This document shows positions 28,101-42,305 of a DNA stretch of 64,000 nt, one piece after another (position 1 is the stretch's first letter; each line of letters opens with the position of its first letter). This stretch comes from Octopus sinensis (lineage: Eukaryota), in contig NC_043000.1 in the NCBI RefSeq assembly GCF_006345805.1, positions 131,998,001 through 132,062,000 on the forward strand, in the 5' to 3' direction. The translations under genes and the position numbers were made by a program. The notes under the pieces are model-generated. The model saw only the letters and a program-made list of their open reading frames with translations. It searched no databases and was not told the DNA's origin.

Positions 28101-31100
28101 CCTATAGCAAGCTACTTACCACACAGCCACTCCTGTGCCTATAGCAAGCTACTTACCACACAGCCACTCCTGTGCCTATAGCAAGCTACTTACCACACAG
28201 CCACTCCTGTGCCTATAGCAAGCTACTTACCACACAGCCACTCCTGTGCCTATAGCAAGCTACTTACCACACAGCCACTCCTGTGCCTATAGCAAGCTAC
28301 TTACCACACAGCCACTCCTGTGCCTATAGCAAGCTACTTACCACACAGCCACTCCTGTGCCTATAGCAAGCTACTTACCACACAGCCACTCCTGTGCCTA
28401 TAGCAAGCTACTTACCACACAGCCACTCCTGTGCCTATAGCAAGCTACTTACCACACAGCCACTCCTGTGCCTATAGCAAGCTACTTACCACACAGCCAC
28501 TCCTGTGCCTATAGCAAGCTACTTACCACACAGCCACTCCTGTGCCTATAGCAAGCTACTTACCACACAGCCACTCCTGTGCCTATAGCAAGCTACTTAC
28601 CACACAGCCACTCCTGTGCCTATAGCAAGCTACTTACCACACAGCCACTCCTGTGCCTATAGCAAGCTACTTACCACACAGCCACTCCTGTGCCTATAGC
28701 AAGCTACTTACCACACAGCCACTCCTGTGCCTATAGCAAGCTACTTACCACACAGCCACTCCTGCCTATAGCAAGCTACTTACCACACAGCCACTCCTGT
28801 GCCTATAGCAAGCTACTTACCACACAGCCACTCCTGTGCCTATAGCAAGCTACTTACCACACAGCCACTCCTGTGCCTATAGCAAGCTACTTACCACACA
28901 GCCACTCCTGTGCCTATAGCAAGCTACTTACCACACAGCCACTCCTGTGCCTATAGCAAGCTACTTACCACACAGCCACTCCTGTGCCTATAGCAAGCTA
29001 CTTACCACACAGCCACTCCTGTGCCTATAGCAAGCTACTTACCACACAGCCACTCCTGTGCCTATAGCAAGCTACTTACCACACAGCCACTCCTGTGCCT
29101 ATAGCAAGCTACTTACCACACAGCCACTCCTGTGCCTATAGCAAGCTACTTACCACACAGCCACTCCTGTGCCTATAGCAAGCTACTTACCACACAGCCA
29201 CTCCTGTGCCTATAGCAAGCTACTTACCACACAGCCACTCCTGTGCCTATAGCAAGCTACTTACCACACAGCCACTCCTGTGCCTATAGCAAGCTACTTA
29301 CCACACAGCCACTCCTGTGCCTATAGCAAGCTACTTACCACACAGCCACTCCTGTGCCTATAGCAAGCTACTTACCACACAGCCACTCCTGTGCCTATAG
29401 CAAGCTACTTACCACACAGCCACTCCTGTGCCTATAGCAAGCTACTTACCACACAGCCACTCCTGTGCCTATAGCAAGCTACTTACCACACAGCCACTCC
29501 TGTGCCTATAGCAAGCTACTTACCACACAGCCACTCCTGTGCCTATAGCAAGCTACTTACCACACAGCCACTCCTGTGCCTATAGCAAGCTACTTACCAC
29601 ACAGCCACTCCTGTGCCTATAGCAAGCTACTTACCACACAGCCACTCCTGTGCCTATAGCAAGCTACTTACCACACAGCCACTCCTGTGCCTATAGCAAG
29701 CTACTTACCACACAGCCACTCCTGTGCCTATAGCAAGCTACTTACCACACAGCCACTCCTGTGCCTATAGCAAGCTACTTACCACACAGCCACTCCTGTG
29801 CCTATAGCAAGCTACTTACCACACAGCCACTCCTGTGCCTATAGCAAGCTACTTACCACACAGCCACTCCTGTGCCTATAGCAAGCTACTTACCACACAG
29901 CCACTCCTGTGCCTATAGCAAGCTACTTACCACACAGCCACTCCTGTGCCTATAGCAAGCTACTTACCACACAGCCACTCCTGTGCCTATAGCAAGCTAC
30001 TTACCACACAGCCACTCCTGTGCCTATAGCAAGCTACTTACCACACAGCCACTCCTGTGCCTATAGCAAGCTACTTACCACACAGCCACTCCTGTGCCTA
30101 TAGCAAGCTACTTACCACACAGCCACTCCTGTGCCTATAGCAAGCTACTTACCACACAGCCACTCCTGTGCCTATAGCAAGCTACTTACCACACAGCCAC
30201 TCCTGTGCCTATAGCAAGCTACTTACCACACAGCCACTCCTGTGCCTATAGCAAGCTACTTACCACACAGCCACTCCTGTGCCTATAGCAAGCTACTTAC
30301 CACACAGCCACTCCTGTGCCTATAGCAAGCTACTTACCACACAGCCACTCCTGTGCCTATAGCAAGCTACTTACCACACAGCCACTCCTGTGCCTATAGC
30401 AAGCTACTTACCACACAGCCACTCCTGTGCCTATAGCAAGCTACTTACCACACAGCCACTCCTGTGCCTATAGCAAGCTACTTACCACACAGCCACTCCT
30501 GTGCCTATAGCAAGCTACTTACCACACAGCCACTCCTGTGCCTATAGCAAGCTACTTACCACACAGCCACTCCTGTGCCTATAGCAAGCTACTTACCACA
30601 CAGCCACTCCTGTGCCTATAGCAAGCTACTTACCACACAGCCACTCCTTCGCCTATAGCAAGCTACTTACCACACAGCCACTCCTGTGCCTATAGCAAGC
30701 TACTTACCACACAGCCACTCCTGTGCCTATAGCAAGCTACTTACCACACAGCCACTCCTGTGCCTATAGCAAGCTACTTACCACACAGCCACTCCTGTGC
30801 CTATAGCAAGCTACTTACCACACAGCCACTCCTTCGCCTATAGCAAGCTACTTACCACACAGCCACTCCTGTGCCTATAGCAAGCTACTTACCACACAGC
30901 CACTCCTGTGCCTATAGCAAGCTACTTACCACACAGCCACTCCTGTGCCTATAGCAAGCTACTTACCACACAGCCACTCCTGTGCCTATAGCAAGCTACT
31001 TACCACACAGCCACTCCTGTGCCTATAGCAAGCTACTTACCACACAGCCACTCCTGTGCCTATAGCAAGCTACTTACCACACAGCCACTCCTGTGCCTAT

Positions 31101-34100
31101 AGCAAGCTACTTACCACACAGCCACTCCTGTGCCTATAGCAAGCTACTTACCACACAGCCACTCCTGTGCCTATAGCAAGCTACTTACCACACAGCCACT
31201 CCTGTGCCTATAGCAAGCTACTTACCACACAGCCACTCCTGTGCCTATAGCAAGCTACTTACCACACAGCCACTCCTGTGCCTATAGCAAGCTACTTACC
31301 ACACAGCCACTCCTTCGCCTATAGCAAGCTACTTACCACACAGCCACTCCTGTGCCTATAGCAAGCTACTTACCACACAGCCACTCCTGTGCCTATAGCA
31401 AGCTACTTACCACACAGCCACTCCTGTGCCTATAGCAAGCTACTTACCACACAGCCACTCCTGTGCCTATAGCAAGCTACTTACCACACAGCCACTCCTG
31501 TGCCTATAGCAAGCTACTTACCACACAGCCACTCCTGTGCCTATAGCAAGCTACTTACCACACAGCCACTCCTGTGCCTATAGCAAGCTACTTACCACAC
31601 AGCCACTCCTGTGCCTATAGCAAGCTACTTACCACACAGCCACTCCTGTGCCTATAGCAAGCTACTTACCACACAGCCACTCCTGTGCCTATAGCAAGCT
31701 ACTTACCACACAGCCACTCCTGTGCCTATAGCAAGCTACTTACCACACAGCCACTCCTGTGCCTATAGCAAGCTACTTACCACACAGCCACTCCTTGCCT
31801 ATAGCAAGCTACTTACCACACAGCCACTCCTGTGCCTATAGCAAGCTACTTACCACACAGCCACTCTGTGCCTATAGCAAGCTACTTACCACACAGCCAC
31901 TCCTGTGCCTATAGCAAGCTACTTACCACACAGCCACTCCTGTGCCTATAGCAAGCTACTTACCACACAGCCACTCCTGTGCCTATAGCAAGCTACTTAC
32001 CACACAGCCACTCCTGTGCCTATAGCAAGCTACTTACCACACAGCCACTCCTGTGCCTATAGCAAGCTACTTACCACACAGCCACTCCTGTGCCTATAGC
32101 AAGCTACTTACCACACAGCCACTCCTGTGCCTATAGCAAGCTACTTACCACACAGCCACTCCTGTGCCTATAGCAAGCTACTTACCACACAGCCACTCCT
32201 GTGCCTATAGCAAGCTACTTACCACACAGCCACTCCTGTGCCTATAGCAAGCTACTTACCACACAGCCACTCCTTCGCCTATAGCAAGCTACTTACCACA
32301 CAGCCACTCCTGTGCCTATAGCAAGCTACTTACCACACAGCCACTCCTGTGCCTATAGCAAGCTACTTACCACACAGCCACTCCTGTGCCTATAGCAAGC
32401 TACTTACCACACAGCCACTCCTGTGCCTATAGCAAGCTACTTACCACACAGCCACTCCTGTGCCTATAGCAAGCTACTTACCACACAGCCACTCCTGTGC
32501 CTATAGCAAGCTACTTACCACACAGCCACTCCTGTGCCTATAGCAAGCTACTTACCACACAGCCACTCCTGTGCCTATAGCAAGCTACTTACCACACAGC
32601 CACTCCTGTGCCTATAGCAAGCTACTTACCACACAGCCACTCCTGTGCCTATAGCAAGCTACTTACCACACAGCCACTCCTGTGCCTATAGCAAGCTACT
32701 TACCACACAGCCACTCCTGTGCCTATAGCAAGCTACTTACCACACAGCCACTCCTGTGCCTATAGCAAGCTACTTACCACACAGCCACTCCTGTGCCTAT
32801 AGCAAGCTACTTACCACACAGCCACTCCTGTGCCTATAGCAAGCTACTTACCACACAGCCACTCCTGTGCCTATAGCAAGCTACTTACCACACAGCCACT
32901 CCTGTGCCTATAGCAAGCTACTTACCACACAGCCACTCCTGTGCCTATAGCAAGCTACTTACCACACAGCCACTCCTGTGCCTATAGCAAGCTACTTACC
33001 ACACAGCCACTCCTGTGCCTATAGCAAGCTACTTACCACACAGCCACTCCTGTGCCTATAGCAAGCTACTTACCACACAGCCACTCCTGTGCCTATAGCA
33101 AGCTACTTACCACACAGCCACTCCTGTGCCTATAGCAAGCTACTTACCACACAGCCACTCCTGTGCCTATAGCAAGCTACTTACCACACAGCCACTCCTG
33201 TGCCTATAGCAAGCTACTTACCACACAGCCACTCCTGTGCCTATAGCAAGCTACTTACCACACAGCCACTCCTGTGCCTATAGCAAGCTACTTACCACAC
33301 AGCCACTCCTGTGCCTATAGCAAGCTACTTACCACACAGCCACTCCTGTGCCTATAGCAAGCTACTTACCACACAGCCACTCCTGTGCCTATAGCAAGCT
33401 ACTTACCACACAGCCACTCCTGTGCCTATAGCAAGCTACTTACCACACAGCCACTCCTGTGCCTATAGCAAGCTACTTACCACACAGCCACTCCTGTGCC
33501 TATAGCAAGCTACTTACCACACAGCCACTCCTGTGCCTATAGCAAGCTACTTACCACACAGCCACTCCTGTGCCTATAGCAAGCTACTTACCACACAGCC
33601 ACTCCTGTGCCTATAGCAAGCTACTTACCACACAGCCACTCCTGTGCCTATAGCAAGCTACTTACCACACAGCCACTCCTGTGCCTATAGCAAGCTACTT
33701 ACCACACAGCCACTCCTGTGCCTATAGCAAGCTACTTACCACACAGCCACTCCTGTGCCTATAGCAAGCTACTTACCACACAGCCACTCCTGTGCCTATA
33801 GCAAGCTACTTACCACACAGCCACTCCTGTGCCTATAGCAAGCTACTTACCACACAGCCACTCCTGTGCCTATAGCAAGCTACTTACCACACAGCCACTC
33901 CTGTGCCTATAGCAAGCTACTTACCACACAGCCACTCCTGTGCCTATAGCAAGCTACTTACCACACAGCCACTCCTGTGCCTATAGCAAGCTACTTACCC
34001 ACACAGCCACTCCTGTGCCTATAGCAAGCTACTTACCACACAGCCACTCCTGTGCCTATAGCAAGCTACTTACCACACAGCCACTCCTGTGCCTATAGCA

Positions 34101-37100
34101 AGCTACTTACCACACAGCCACTCCTGTGCCTATAGCAAGCTACTTACCACACAGCCACTCCTGTGCCTATAGCAAGCTACTTACCACACAGCCACTCCTG
34201 TGCCTATAGCAAGCTACTTACCCACAGCCACTCCTGTGCCTATAGCAAGCTACTTACCACACAGCCACTCCTTGCCTATAGCAAGCTACTTACCACACAG
34301 CCACTCCTGTGCCTATAGCAAGCTACTTACCACACAGCCACTCCTGTGCCTATAGCAAGCTACTTACCACACAGCCACTCCTGTGCCTATAGCAAGCTAC
34401 TTACCACACAGCCACTCCTGTGCCTATAGCAAGCTACTTACCACACAGCCACTCCTGTGCCTATAGCAAGCTACTTACCACACAGCCACTCCTGTGCCTA
34501 TAGCAAGCTACTTACCACACAGCCACTCCTGTGCCTATAGCAAGCTACTTACCACACAGCCACTCCTGTGCCTATAGCAAGCTACTTACCACACAGCCAC
34601 TCCTGTGCCTATAGCAAGCTACTTACCACACAGCCACTCCTGTGCCTATAGCAAGCTACTTACCACACAGCCACTCCTGTGCCTATAGCAAGCTACTTAC
34701 CACACAGCCACTCCTGTGCCTATAGCAAGCTACTTACCACACAGCCACTCCTGTGCCTATAGCAAGCTACTTACCACACAGCCACTCCTGTGCCTATAGC
34801 AAGCTACTTACCACACAGCCACTCCTGTGCCTATAGCAAGCTACTTACCACACAGCCACTCCTTCGCCTATAGCAAGCTACTTACCACACAGCCACTCCT
34901 GTGCCTATAGCAAGCTACTTACCACACAGCCACTCCTTCGCCTATAGCAAGCTACTTACCACACAGCCACTCCTGTGCCTATAGCAAGCTACTTACCACA
35001 CAGCCACTCCTGTGCCTATAGCAAGCTACTTACCACACAGCCACTCCTGTGCCTATAGCAAGCTACTTACCACACAGCCACTCCTGTGCCTATAGCAAGC
35101 TACTTACCACACAGCCACTCCTGTGCCTATAGCAAGCTACTTACCACACAGCCACTCCTGTGCCTATAGCAAGCTACTTACCACACAGCCACTCCTGTGC
35201 CTATAGCAAGCTACTTACCACACAGCCACTCCTGTGCCTATAGCAAGCTACTTACCACACAGCCACTCCTGTGCCTATAGCAAGCTACTTACCACACAGC
35301 CACTCCTGTGCCTATAGCAAGCTACTTACCACACAGCCACTCCTGTGCCTATAGCAAGCTACTTACCACACAGCCACTCCTGTGCCTATAGCAAGCTACT
35401 TACCACACAGCCACTCCTGTGCCTATAGCAAGCTACTTACCACACAGCCACTCCTGTGCCTATAGCAAGCTACTTACCACACAGCCACTCCTGTGCCTAT
35501 AGCAAGCTACTTACCACACAGCCACTCCTTCGCCTATAGCAAGCTACTTACCACACAGCCACTCCTGTGCCTATAGCAAGCTACTTACCACACAGCCACT
35601 CCTGTGCCTATAGCAAGCTACTTACCACACAGCCACTCCTGTGCCTATAGCAAGCTACTTACCACACAGCCACTCCTGTGCCTATAGCAAGCTACTTACC
35701 ACACAGCCACTCCTGTGCCTATAGCAAGCTACTTACCACACAGCCACTCCTGTGCCTATAGCAAGCTACTTACCACACAGCCACTCCTGTGCCTATAGCA
35801 AGCTACTTACCACACAGCCACTCCTGTGCCTATAGCAAGCTACTTACCACACAGCCACTCCTTCGCCTATAGCAAGCTACTTACCACACAGCCACTCCTG
35901 TGCCTATAGCAAGCTACTTACCACACAGCCACTCCTGTGCCTATAGCAAGCTACTTACCACACAGCCACTCCTGTGCCTATAGCAAGCTACTTACCACAC
36001 AGCCACTCCTGTGCCTATAGCAAGCTACTTACCACACAGCCACTCCTGTGCCTATAGCAAGCTACTTACCACACAGCCACTCCTGTGCCTATAGCAAGCT
36101 ACTTACCACACAGCCACTCCTGTGCCTATAGCAAGCTACTTACCACACAGCCACTCCTGTGCCTATAGCAAGCTACTTACCACACAGCCACTCCTGTGCC
36201 TATAGCAAGCTACTTACCACACAGCCACTCCTGTGCCTATAGCAAGCTACTTACCACACAGCCACTCCTGTGCCTATAGCAAGCTACTTACCACACAGCC
36301 ACTCCTGTGCCTATAGCAAGCTACTTACCACACAGCCTCTCCTTCGCCTATAGCAAGCTACTTACCACACAGCCACTCCTGTGCCTATAGCAAGCTACTT
36401 ACCACACAGCCACTCCTGTGCCTATAGCAAGCTACTTACCACACAGCCACTCCTGTGCCTATAGCAAGCTACTTACCACACAGCCACTCCTGTGCCTATA
36501 GCAAGCTACTTACCACACAGCCACTCCTGTGCCTATAGCAAGCTACTTACCACACAGCCACTCCTGTGCCTATAGCAAGCTACTTACCACACAGCCACTC
36601 CTGTGCCTATAGCAAGCTACTTACCACACAGCCACTCCTTCGCCTATAGCAAGCTACTTACCACACAGCCACTCCTGTGCCTATAGCAAGCTACTTACCA
36701 CACAGCCACTCCTGTGCCTATAGCAAGCTACTTACCACACAGCCACTCCTGTGCCTATAGCAAGCTACTTACCACACAGCCACTCCTGTGCCTATAGCAA
36801 GCTACTTACCACACAGCCACTCCTGTGCCTATAGCAAGCTACTTACCACACAGCCACTCCTGTGCCTATAGCAAGCTACTTACCACACAGCCACTCCTGT
36901 GCCTATAGCAAGCTACTTACCACACAGCCACTCCTGTGCCTATAGCAAGCTACTTACCACACAGCCACTCCTGTGCCTATAGCAAGCTACTTACCACACA
37001 GCCACTCCTGTGCCTATAGCAAGCTACTTACCACACAGCCACTCCTGTGCCTATAGCAAGCTACTTACCACACAGCCACTCCTGTGCCTATAGCAAGCTA

Positions 37101-38936
37101 CTTACCACACAGCCACTCCTGTGCCTATAGCAAGCTACTTACCACACAGCCACTCCTGTGCCTATAGCAAGCTACTTACCACACAGCCACTCCTTCGCCT
37201 ATAGCAAGCTACTTACCACACAGCCACTCCTGTGCCTATAGCAAGCTACTTACCACACAGCCACTCCTGTGCCTATAGCAAGCTACTTACCACACAGCCA
37301 CTCCTGTGCCTATAGCAAGCTACTTACCACACAGCCTCTCCTTCGCCTATAGCAAGCTACTTACCACACAGCCACTCCTGTGCCTATAGCAAGCTACTTA
37401 CCACACAGCCACTCCTGTGCCTATAGCAAGCTACTTACCACACAGCCCTCCTGTGCCTATAGCAAGCTACTTACCACACAGCCACTCCTGTGCCTATAGC
37501 AAGCTACTTACCACACAGCCACTCCTGTGCCTATAGCAAGCTACTTACCACACAGCCACTCCTGTGCCTATAGCAAGCTACTTACCACACAGCCACTCCT
37601 GTGCCTATAGCAAGCTACTTACCACACAGCCACTCCTGTGCCTATAGCAAGCTACTTACCACACAGCCACTCCTGTGCCTATAGCAAGCTACTTACCACA
37701 CAGCCACTCCTGTGCCTATAGCAAGCTACTTACCACACAGCCACTCCTGTGCCTATAGCAAGCTACTTACCACACAGCCACTCCTGTGCCTATAGCAAGC
37801 TACTTACCACACACAGCCACTCCTGTGCCTATAGCAAGCTACTTACCACACAGCCACTCCTTCGCCTATAGCAAGCTACTTACCACACAGCCACTCCTGT
37901 GCCTATAGCAAGCTACTTACCACACAGCCACTCCTGTGCCTATAGCAAGCTACTTACCACACAGCCACTCCTGGCCTATAGCAAGCTACTTACCACACAG
38001 CCACTCCTGTGCCTATAGCAAGCTACTTACCACACAGCCACTCCTGTGCCTATAGCAAGCTACTTACCACACAGCCACTCCTGTGCCTATAGCAAGCTAC
38101 TTACCACACAGCCACTCCTGTGCCTATAGCAAGCTACTTACCACACAGCCACTCCTGTGCCTATAGCAAGCTACTTACCACACAGCCACTCCTGTGCCTA
38201 TAGCAAGCTACTTACCACACAGCTCTCTTGCCTATAGCAAGCTACTTACCACACAGCCACTCCTGTGCCTATAGCAAGCTACTACCACACAGCCACTCCT
38301 TGCCTATAGCAAGCTACTTACCCCACAGCCACTCCTGTGCCTATAGCAAGCTACTTACCACACAGCACTCCTGTGCCTATAGCAAGCTACTTACCACACA
38401 GCCACTCCTGTGCCTATAGCAAGCTACTTACCACACAGCCACTCCTGTGCCTATAGCAAGCTACTTACCACACAGCCACTCTGTGCCTATAGCAAGCTAC
38501 TTACCACACAGCCACTCCTGTGCCTATAGCAAGCTACTTACCACACAGCCACTCCTTGCCTATAGCAAGCTACTTACCACACAGCCACTCCTGTGCCTAT
38601 AGCAAGCTACTTACCACACAGCCACTCCTGTGCTGCCTATAGCAAGCTACTTACCACACAGCCACTCCTGTGCCTATAGCAAGCTACTTACCACACAGCC
38701 TCTACTTCCTATAGCAAGCTACTTACCCCACAGCCACTCCTGTGCCTATAGCAAGCTACTTACCACACAGCACCTCTCCTGTGCCTATAGCAAGCTACTT
38801 ACCACACAGCCACTCCTGTGCCTATAGCAAGCTACTTACCACACAGCCACTCCTGTGCCTATAGCAAGCTACTTACCACACAGCCACTCCTGTGCCTATA
38901 GCAAGCTACTTACCACACAGCCACTCCTGTGCCTAT
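16155..38936. repeat. 37-bp tandem satellite, about 616 copies (AGCAAGCTACTTACCACACAGCCACTCCTGTGCCTAT)
   Basis: Period read directly (units start at 16155, 16192, ...). 22782 bp / 37 = about 616. Almost all units are identical. Confidence 0.99.
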
Positions 38937-39219
38937 GAGTACTTTTTATGCAGCACCAGCACAGGACACTTGGAGGCTAATCCTCTTCACCAGAGGGAGG
39001 GACTTTAACACTTCTGCTGTGGGGTTAATATGCATATGTGTGTGTATGTTGCTATGTGTATAAGTTTATATATGTTTTACATGTATGCTCATACATATGG
39101 GGATGTATTCATTTGCATGTCATTAGGTTGCATTCTTCATAGACTAGTTTGAACCTTTGATGAGTATTAACTTAGGCTGTCTTTGCACAGTAAAAATGGA
39201 AGTTAAAACAAAAAATTCT

Positions 39220-39520
39220 ATGGTTCTGGGTTCAATCCCACTGTGTGGCATCTTGGGCAAGTGTCTTCTATTAAAGCTTTGTGAGTGGATTTGGTAGGCA
39301 GAAAATGAAAGAAGCATGCTTCTTGTGCATGTGTGTGTCTTTGTGTCTCTGCTTGTTCCCCACTAGTGCTTGATAACATGTTCATGTGTTTTTGTCCCTG
39401 TAACTTAGTAGTTCATCAAAAGAGACTGATTAAATAAGTAGCAGCCTTAAAAGAAACAAAGTACTGGGTTTGACTCAAAATAATATTCTTCAAGGTGGTG
39501 CCACAGCAGGGTTGCAGCCC
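39220..39520 (+). mobile_element. SINE family A, degenerate
   Basis: GGGTTCAATCCCACTG...GGCAAGTGTCTTC core and CAAGGTGGTGCC tail region. Confidence 0.65.
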
Positions 39521-39522
39521 AA

Positions 39523-40384
39523 CCCCTTAATGGATGAATTATTTTGACACAGCGTTTCATTTCAGAGCATATTTTTTTATTTCCTTTTTTAATTATATAA
39601 ACTGTGTAAATTACAAAAAAAAGTTTTTTTTATCTTGTTTTTATTATAGAAATTAAAATGTACTTTTACTCATTTGGATTTAAACAAGTTAACTTGGGAC
39701 ATTAAAAAAATAGATATAACTTAACTATCTTCGATTTTTTATAAGATGTATTGCTTTTAAATCAAAGGAAAATTTTGTTTAAAATGAGATAGATAGCTTA
39801 TTTCAAATGATAATTTTTAAAACAAGGAGTTATACAGAAAGTTATCTTGCAGATATCACACATGTATCTGCTTTCTCTTCAAATCAGACAAGCAGTTGAT
39901 TTCGTGCCATGCACGAGTATCTATTTGATTATCTCCTTTGTCATCTTTTGAAAAATTGTCAGAATCTGAAGTACACGTGTCTAATTCATCCCCAGAGCTT
40001 TCCAGATCATGAAATGAAAAATTGCTTTCGTGATCGCTGAATATATCTAAATCTTCATCCATTTTGAGAAAAAAAATGCATAATAATTCTCTTATGTGTA
40101 TAAATAATAGAGAATCAAAATTCATACTCCTGAATCTGAGTATGCACTGAAGTAAAAGTTCAAAACTCAGAAGCATAAATTCTTTGAAATGGGGCCAGAA
40201 TATGTGCTACCAGGTATACGACAGCACAAGTAAATTCGTGATTGCTCAAAAGTGAAATGACACAAAACAAATAAACTAATTTGAGTGGAAAAATTAAAAG
40301 TTAATTTTGACCAAGTATACTTGTCTGGTTCTAAAATGATACATTTGCGATGCACGAGTAAATTCGGAATAATCCATTAAGGGG
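39523..40384. mobile_element. Non-autonomous piggyBac-like element
   Basis: Ends CCCCTTAATGGAT / ATCCATTAAGGGG, right TTAA at 40385-40388 (left only CCAA); internal acidic ORF 39856-40176. Confidence 0.55.
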
Positions 40385-41128
40385 TTAATGATCAAAATAA
40401 GTTAAAAGAAAGAAAAGAAGATGAAAAAGATAATGACAGAATGTTTTGGTAATATCAAAGTGCAGGGAGTTTGTTTTTATGGTTATCTTCTTTTGAAAAT
40501 TTTAAAATCAAAACTGGGATATATTTTTGAGGTTGGAGCAGCCTTGACACTGAGAAAGTAAAGTAAGTGAGAAAAGCTGAATGGTCATGGTTGGAATGCC
40601 TTAATTAGGATTGACTTAAGGCTAAACAGCAGTAAAATACTAGTTAAGCAGGATGGTTGTGGCTAGACAACAACAACAGTAGTTATACCAATCAATAGAA
40701 AGTATATTTTCTACATTTCCAAATTCAGCTCAGGTTTGGCTGTACTTTATATAATTACATAACAAATGGAGCCATCAATTTTCCTTAGATATATTTACTA
40801 ACGCCTTTGTTTCTTCATTATGTCAATTCTAGATTTATTGCTTATTTCCAGCTGTATCTTCACTTCAATCAGTGACAATAATGATATAGATGTTTCAAAA
40901 GAAACCAATTTTCTGGTCAATTCTCTTCAAAGTCCTAAGTTGTTCAGCGGTAAATGGCTTGCTCATACTGATCTGCCCCTTTAAAAGAGGTTGTTGTTGA
41001 TGTTTTTTTCTTCAATTTGCATCTTATTTTAATGAATTTACTCCAGTATAGTATTTAACTATAGATCAATATAGCTGAAACATTCTTGAATTTAAAAATA
41101 TTCCTTTTGCCTTTTAGACTTTTTAGAA

Positions 41129-41503
41129 TACTCTTTTACTCTTTTACTTGTTTCAGTCATTTGACTGTGGCCATGCTGAAGCCCCGCCTTTAGTCTTCGT
41201 AAGCCTAATAGTTATTCTATCGATCTCTCTTGTCAAACTGCTAAGTTACGGGGATGTAAACACACCACCATCGGTTGTCAAATGATGTTGGGGGACAAAC
41301 ACAGACATATACACACACATACATATATATATACATTTATACAACAGGCTTCTTTCAGCTTTCATCTACCAAATCCACTCACATGGCTTTGGTCGGTCCA
41401 AGGCTATAGTAGAAGACACTTGCCCAAGGTGCCACGCAGTGGGAATGAACTTGGAACCATGTGGTTGGTAAGCAAGCTACTTACCACACAGCCACTCCTG
41501 CAA
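41129..41503 (-). mobile_element. SINE family A
   Basis: Reverse complement of the 3943-4330 structure. Confidence 0.82.
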
Positions 41504-41879
41504 CTATATGGTTATTTATAAAATAATTTTATTTTGCTCATTATTTATTCAGTAAACTATTCTATGGAAACAACAGATGTAAAACTTAAATTTTTTAATG
41601 CCAATCCGCCTGAGACTACCTCTGGTTCTATCATATTCACTTTCTGTTTGAAAGTGATCTAAATTTAAATCTTCTTTTGAAACTTCATGCCATGTCCCAA
41701 ATACTAAGTTAATAATGACAATATTATTTTATTAAATTTTTCGATATTTTCAAAATTATTGAAACAAAGGCACTGCATTTCAATAGAAGCATAGTGTCAA
41801 AAGGGTTAACAAAGACAATTTCTTAACAAGAATCACTTGCAAAAACTGCTTGAAAATATAGCTTTCATATATGGTGCAT

Positions 41880-42055
41880 ATATGGCTGTGTAAGTATTTT
41901 GCCTCCCAACCACATGGTTCCAGGTTTAGTCCCACTTCATGGCACCCTGGGCAATATATAAATGTTTGCCTCATATATTGTGTCTTCTTCTATAGCTTTG
42001 GGTCAACCTAAACCTTGTGAGTGGATTTGATAGATGGAAACTGAAAGAAGCCTGT

Positions 42056-42111
<56 letters not shown>

Positions 42112-42305
42112 ATGTTTGTATCTCTGTTCTCACCATGGCTTAAAAACCAGTGTTAGTTTGTTTACATCCTCAAAAGAAACCAATATAATAAGTACCAGGT
42201 TTTAAAAAAAAAGTACTGAAGTTGAATGAATTAACATTAATATTTTTTCTTCAAGGTGGTGCCCCAGCATGGGCACAGTTTAATGACAGAAACAAGTGAA
42301 AAAAT
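41880..42305 (+). mobile_element. SINE family A, diverged
   Basis: Head, core, (TA)n and tail motifs recognisable. Confidence 0.7.

Noticed and set aside
16155-38936. CRISPR array or repeat-protein CDS interpretation of the 37-bp array
   Set aside because: Units abut with no unique spacers, there are no cas genes and the context is eukaryotic. The 37-bp period rotates stop codons through all frames on both strands. ORFs at 38228 and 38630 arise only from local indels.
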